Assembly: GCF_002571385.2 (NCBI RefSeq)
Contig: NW_019217861.1
Span: 361,529 to 425,528 of the forward strand
Source of the DNA: Stylophora pistillata
Taxonomy: Eukaryota
Direction of reading: 5' to 3'
Length of the DNA stretch: 64,000 bases
The notes under the pieces are model-generated. The model did not search any database. It saw only the letters and a program-made list of their open reading frames with translations, and was not told the origin of the DNA. The position numbers and the translations under genes were made by a program. Below, one piece after another: positions 60,329 through 64,000 of the stretch; within the stretch, counting starts at the first letter, position 1, and each line of letters begins with the position of its first letter.

Positions 60329-62336
60329 ATGCTAACTCAAGTACACCCGGTTCCTCTTACGGAAGAAAATCTGAAGAAACATCAAAGAGAGACGACATCA
60401 AATAGAATATCTTTGAAGAATACCAAAATAAGATCCAAAAGTGGAAAAAGCCTTCGTTCCGCTGGTGACGGTGAGAGTATCAAGTTTTACAGGGAAGAAG
60501 CGCTAAATGCCTCGCTTGATGATCAGCAAGGTTGCGAAAAGGAAACGTTTCCAGAAGTGGAATCAGAGGGCGACTCAAAGACAAAAATTGCTCAAGACAT
60601 GAGTGAAGACAAGAAGACAAACTCCCAGCCGGAAACTGCTGCAAACGAGGTAGAAAGAAATCGAAAAGCTGATAATTCAGGTCTAACTAAAAAGGAAGAA
60701 TTGTCCGAAGAAGAGGAAAACGATAAGCTTTCTGGCAACATTGCTTCAAACGAGGTGCAAACTAAACCAAAAACTGATAATTCAGCTCTTAATGACAAGG
60801 AGGCATTGTCCGAAGAAGAGGAAGGCGATGTACTTTCTCAAAAGGAGAGGGGAAGCCATGAACACGGCAGCGAGAACGCTGATGAATCTGAGAAGGAACT
60901 GGATGAAACCGAACAAAAAGCTGAGGGTGACGAAAATGATAATTCTGATCAATCTTCGGATGAATCTAGTTCGGTTGATAGCGAAAGCGATGTAATTCCG
61001 GCTGCCGCTAAAAATGACGATAAAAACACTGAAGACACTAATGAAACAGGTACATCTACTCGATCATCTTCTCCAGTAAGTGAGGATGATGACGAGGACG
61101 ATGACTATTCAGTTGATGAAGATGACGATGAAACTGAGGACGAAGAGGAGGCTGAAGAAGCTGACAAAAGTGAGGACGAGCTGACTCACTACAGCAGCAG
61201 CTTGAACGCCAGCGTAAGTAGCATCCCTACTCTCTGTGACGACAGAGAAGGGAGTCCCGAATCGCCCAACAATTCCGCTGAGGAGTCAACTCTAGAGAAC
61301 CCTGGCCAAGAAGAAGACGAAGGCGAGAGACAGGACCAAGAGACTGAAGCTGCCGGAAACGTGGTCACTGAGGGAGATGAAATGAAAGTAGACGAGAGGC
61401 AGGAAGGTAGCGAAGAGGATCCTGTAGCAGGAGAATCACCCATAGATAAAGAAGAAGAAAGGGGTCACAACACCCCTCCGCGTAGTAGGCAGGTCAGCGG
61501 AAGGTCGGCAACGCCTCGGACTGTTGTGGTAAGCGAGTTTGACGATGTGGAGAGCTCGATATTTGATCGCCGAGAGCTGAGCCGACCGGGCAGCAGCTCA
61601 CGGAATGCGTTAACTTCCACGCCGAACAGTAGGAAATCTGATGTGTCAATCAAAAACTGGGCTGGGTTTGGTGAACGTGGCCATGTAACTAGTAACGTGG
61701 AAGATGTGACAGAACTTGTTGATTGCTCGGTGAAAGAAAACGTTTGCAAAAGATTGAAGACTAGAAAAATGCGAAACGCCAAGCAAGGAAAGACAAATAT
61801 GAACAAAAGAAAAGTACTTAATCAGCAGACTGCTTTACAAAGAACAGGAAAGAAAATCGGTGATGTTCATTCTAAAGGGAGACCTCAGCTAGCAAGACAG
61901 AGCTCGCACAGCAGCGATAATTTAGACGCGTTGAACACTCGACAACGAAAAATAACTCGCAAAACACGAAGACCAGTGAAGCAAGTTTCTTTTGACAATT
62001 CTATCATTGAAAATAACACCAAAATACCTACTAGTGATTCTGCCTTCTTTGGAAGTCGAACAGAGAGCAGGGGCGACGGTAAATCAAGTACAAAACCTCC
62101 AGAAAGCGAGCGCAGTGACAGAGTTAGCAGCCGGTGGACTGGTGCGGAGACCGAACGAGCCTCCTCTACAAGCACACGGCCAGTAAGTACGGTCCAGTCT
62201 CCATGCAGTACTTTGTCCACAAGTCAGTGCTCCAGGCAAACATCTTTGGTTGATGTAATGACAACCGTCAATTATCCACCAGCTGTAATTTACGGAAAGA
62301 AGTCACAGCTTCCTTCTATGCGTCCACGGCGACATG
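60329..62336 (+). CDS. Large exon encoding an acidic, Ser-rich, disordered protein region (~669 aa); gene continues downstream
   Basis: 2-kb open frame; acceptor ttctataatag|g at 60209; donor cat g|gtaagg at 62337; E/D-rich centre and basic C-terminal part; no recognisable domain. Confidence 0.75.
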
Positions 62337-62583
62337 GTAAGGGGAGGTGTTTGATCTTCTTAGACTATTATGTAAGACTATTATTTGTGGTTATTCCTCT
62401 GTTTCCAGAGTGTAAAAGAATTATTAGCGTCGAAGTTTAGTTTTGAGTGTAAATTTGATATAAGCTTTGTGTGAAGAAAAAAACAACTCCCTGTGCCACT
62501 TCTCCCATGTCTGCAAAAAGTACTGTAAGCCACGATTTGTTCCTCCTTTATGCCTGGCGCATGAAGGCGTCGGTTAAAATAAT

Positions 62584-62950
62584 AGGGACCTTAAGCATTC
62601 GGGATGGCGACGCCAAGGAAGACGTCGATTAAAAAATGAAAATCTATTTTACGTTAGAAATTTTAAAATGGCTACATGTGTTTACCGTCTCTTACGGCGC
62701 CACACCTCAACTTCAGCATTATGTTTTTCAGCATCTTTGAGCTCCAAATGGAAATTAAAATAATTTGCCGTCGCGGTTTTCATTTGCAGACGACGCAGAT
62801 TTTGATGATTTCACGTTGTTGTTTTGCAGAGGACGACTGAGAAATGTACAAAGTTTTAAAACGCACGTGCTGAGCTATTGTTCAGCCCATTAGATCTTTT
62901 GTTTTCCCACGTCCTCGTTACCGTCGCCGTCGTGGTTTGCTTAAGGTCCT
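62584..62950. mobile_element. PIF/Harbinger-like MITE
   Basis: AAT|agggaccttaagca ... tgcttaaggtcct|AAT. Confidence 0.8.
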
Positions 62951-63299
62951 AATAATGATAACGATGATAATAATGATAATAATAATGGTAATGATAGATG
63001 ATAGTGAGCTTGCGAAAAATACTTAAATATAGATTTTCTACGTTAGGTCAAAAAGCGAAGGAAAATGAAAGTAATCACGCACAAAAAAGAAAACAACAAT
63101 ATTTGAATGAAAATAAACTGAAGACAAAACAACACGATAAAAGCATACTTCTTTGGACTGAAGCAAATTACACAGGGATTTTGTTTCAAGTCAGATCAAT
63201 CTAAAAAAGGGAAGGAAGAACGCTAAAACAAACAATTTATAAGGAAAATAACACAAGGCAGGTCAAGCGACTGTAGCCGTTGAGCGCTGTCAGTTTAAA

Positions 63300-63410
63300 A
63301 CCGAGCGGAAGCCTGCGCATGAGTCTAGTTTTTTCCGTTTCCGTGACTACGCGGTGTTTTGGCAACCTGACGTCACGGACCCAAAACATTAGACTGCCGC
63401 CATGTTTGTG
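63300..63410 (+). promoter_or_regulatory. Promoter-like motif cluster (X-box-like, CRE, YY1-like)
   Basis: gtttccgtgactac 63337-63350, ttggcaac, tgacgtca 63368-63375, gccgccatgttt 63396-63407; CpG-rich. Confidence 0.5.
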
Positions 63411-63522
63411 CAGCACTGCTAACGACTCACATAGTAACAGTAATTTTCCACGAGATAGCTGTGGATCGATCGAAGCATCATTTGTCCTTAAAATACTACA
63501 AACGGAACTCTAGAGTCCTGTT

Positions 63523-63946
63523 ATGACTCTAGAATTCGAAAATCCACCGCTTCTGTCCAACATCGCTTTGAATTCGTCCTATAATAATGAGAAAGATTTC
63601 GGAGCGTTGGATCGAGTGAGGTCTAAGAAAACTTCAGTGATTTCTGTGACCAGGAGGGAAAGTCTCCTTGCTAGGGAGGAACTACAGGAAAAACGTGAAA
63701 TGTCTGGCGAATATTCTGACAACTATGATAGTTATGATGATGATTTTGACAGCCCGAGTGCCACGAAAAATGCAACACGATCTCGGAGGTACTCCTCGAG
63801 ACGCGAATCAAGAACATCAGAGAGGGCCCAATCAACGTCGAGATCACCGTCTGATTCACCTCCAAAACAGCGATCACGATCGAAAAAGGCGTCTACAAGG
63901 AGAGATTCCTTTGCTTCGTACCGAAGTGCATATGGCACAAACAGAG
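63523..63946 (+). CDS. Ser/Arg-rich coding exon (either exon 2 of the acidic gene via acceptor 63532, or first exon of a gene/isoform starting at 63523 or 63700); possibly lebercilin-like
   Basis: Open frame ending at donor aga g|gtaaac (63947); the acceptor ctctag|aa is in phase with the 62336 donor; contains MSGEYSDNYDSYDDDFDSP. Confidence 0.6.
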
Positions 63947-64000
63947 GTAAACTTAGTGCCTTTTTCGGCAAATAAGTTTGATGTGGTTTTCAGTCATTGG

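Noticed and set aside
60592-62220. Minus-strand ORFs within the acidic exon
   Set aside because: Antisense shadows of low-complexity coding sequence.

Overview
AT-rich, intron-rich animal genomic DNA with N gaps. The repeat families suggest a scleractinian coral (inference). I assembled four complete spliced genes by hand from splice sites and exon phases. They form two head-to-head pairs: PAXBP1/GCFC-like (-, 11 exons) with DGCR6 (+, 5 exons), and CTP synthase (-, 16 exons) with an uncharacterised 449-aa, probably N-myristoylated protein made of three tandem cyclic-nucleotide-binding domains (+, 13 exons, including a 24-nt micro-exon and a GC-AG intron). The 41-55 kb stretch is decayed sequence bracketed by a diverged direct duplicate of the cNMP gene's 3' end. 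It holds a receptor tyrosine kinase pseudogene missed by the ORF track, a broken Gypsy element, a DIRS/Ngaro tyrosine-recombinase remnant, non-autonomous DNA transposons and SINEs. The window ends in a large acidic disordered exon and a Ser/Arg-rich exon behind a promoter-like motif cluster (RFX/CRE/YY1). Notable TE biology: a SINE sharing its 3' stem-loop tail with a LINE in the window while a sister copy has a different tail, a 2A-like motif in a LINE ORF, minimal hammerhead-ribozyme motifs, and an (AAT)n insertion hotspot. There are no CRISPR arrays, rRNA genes or convincing intact tRNA genes.
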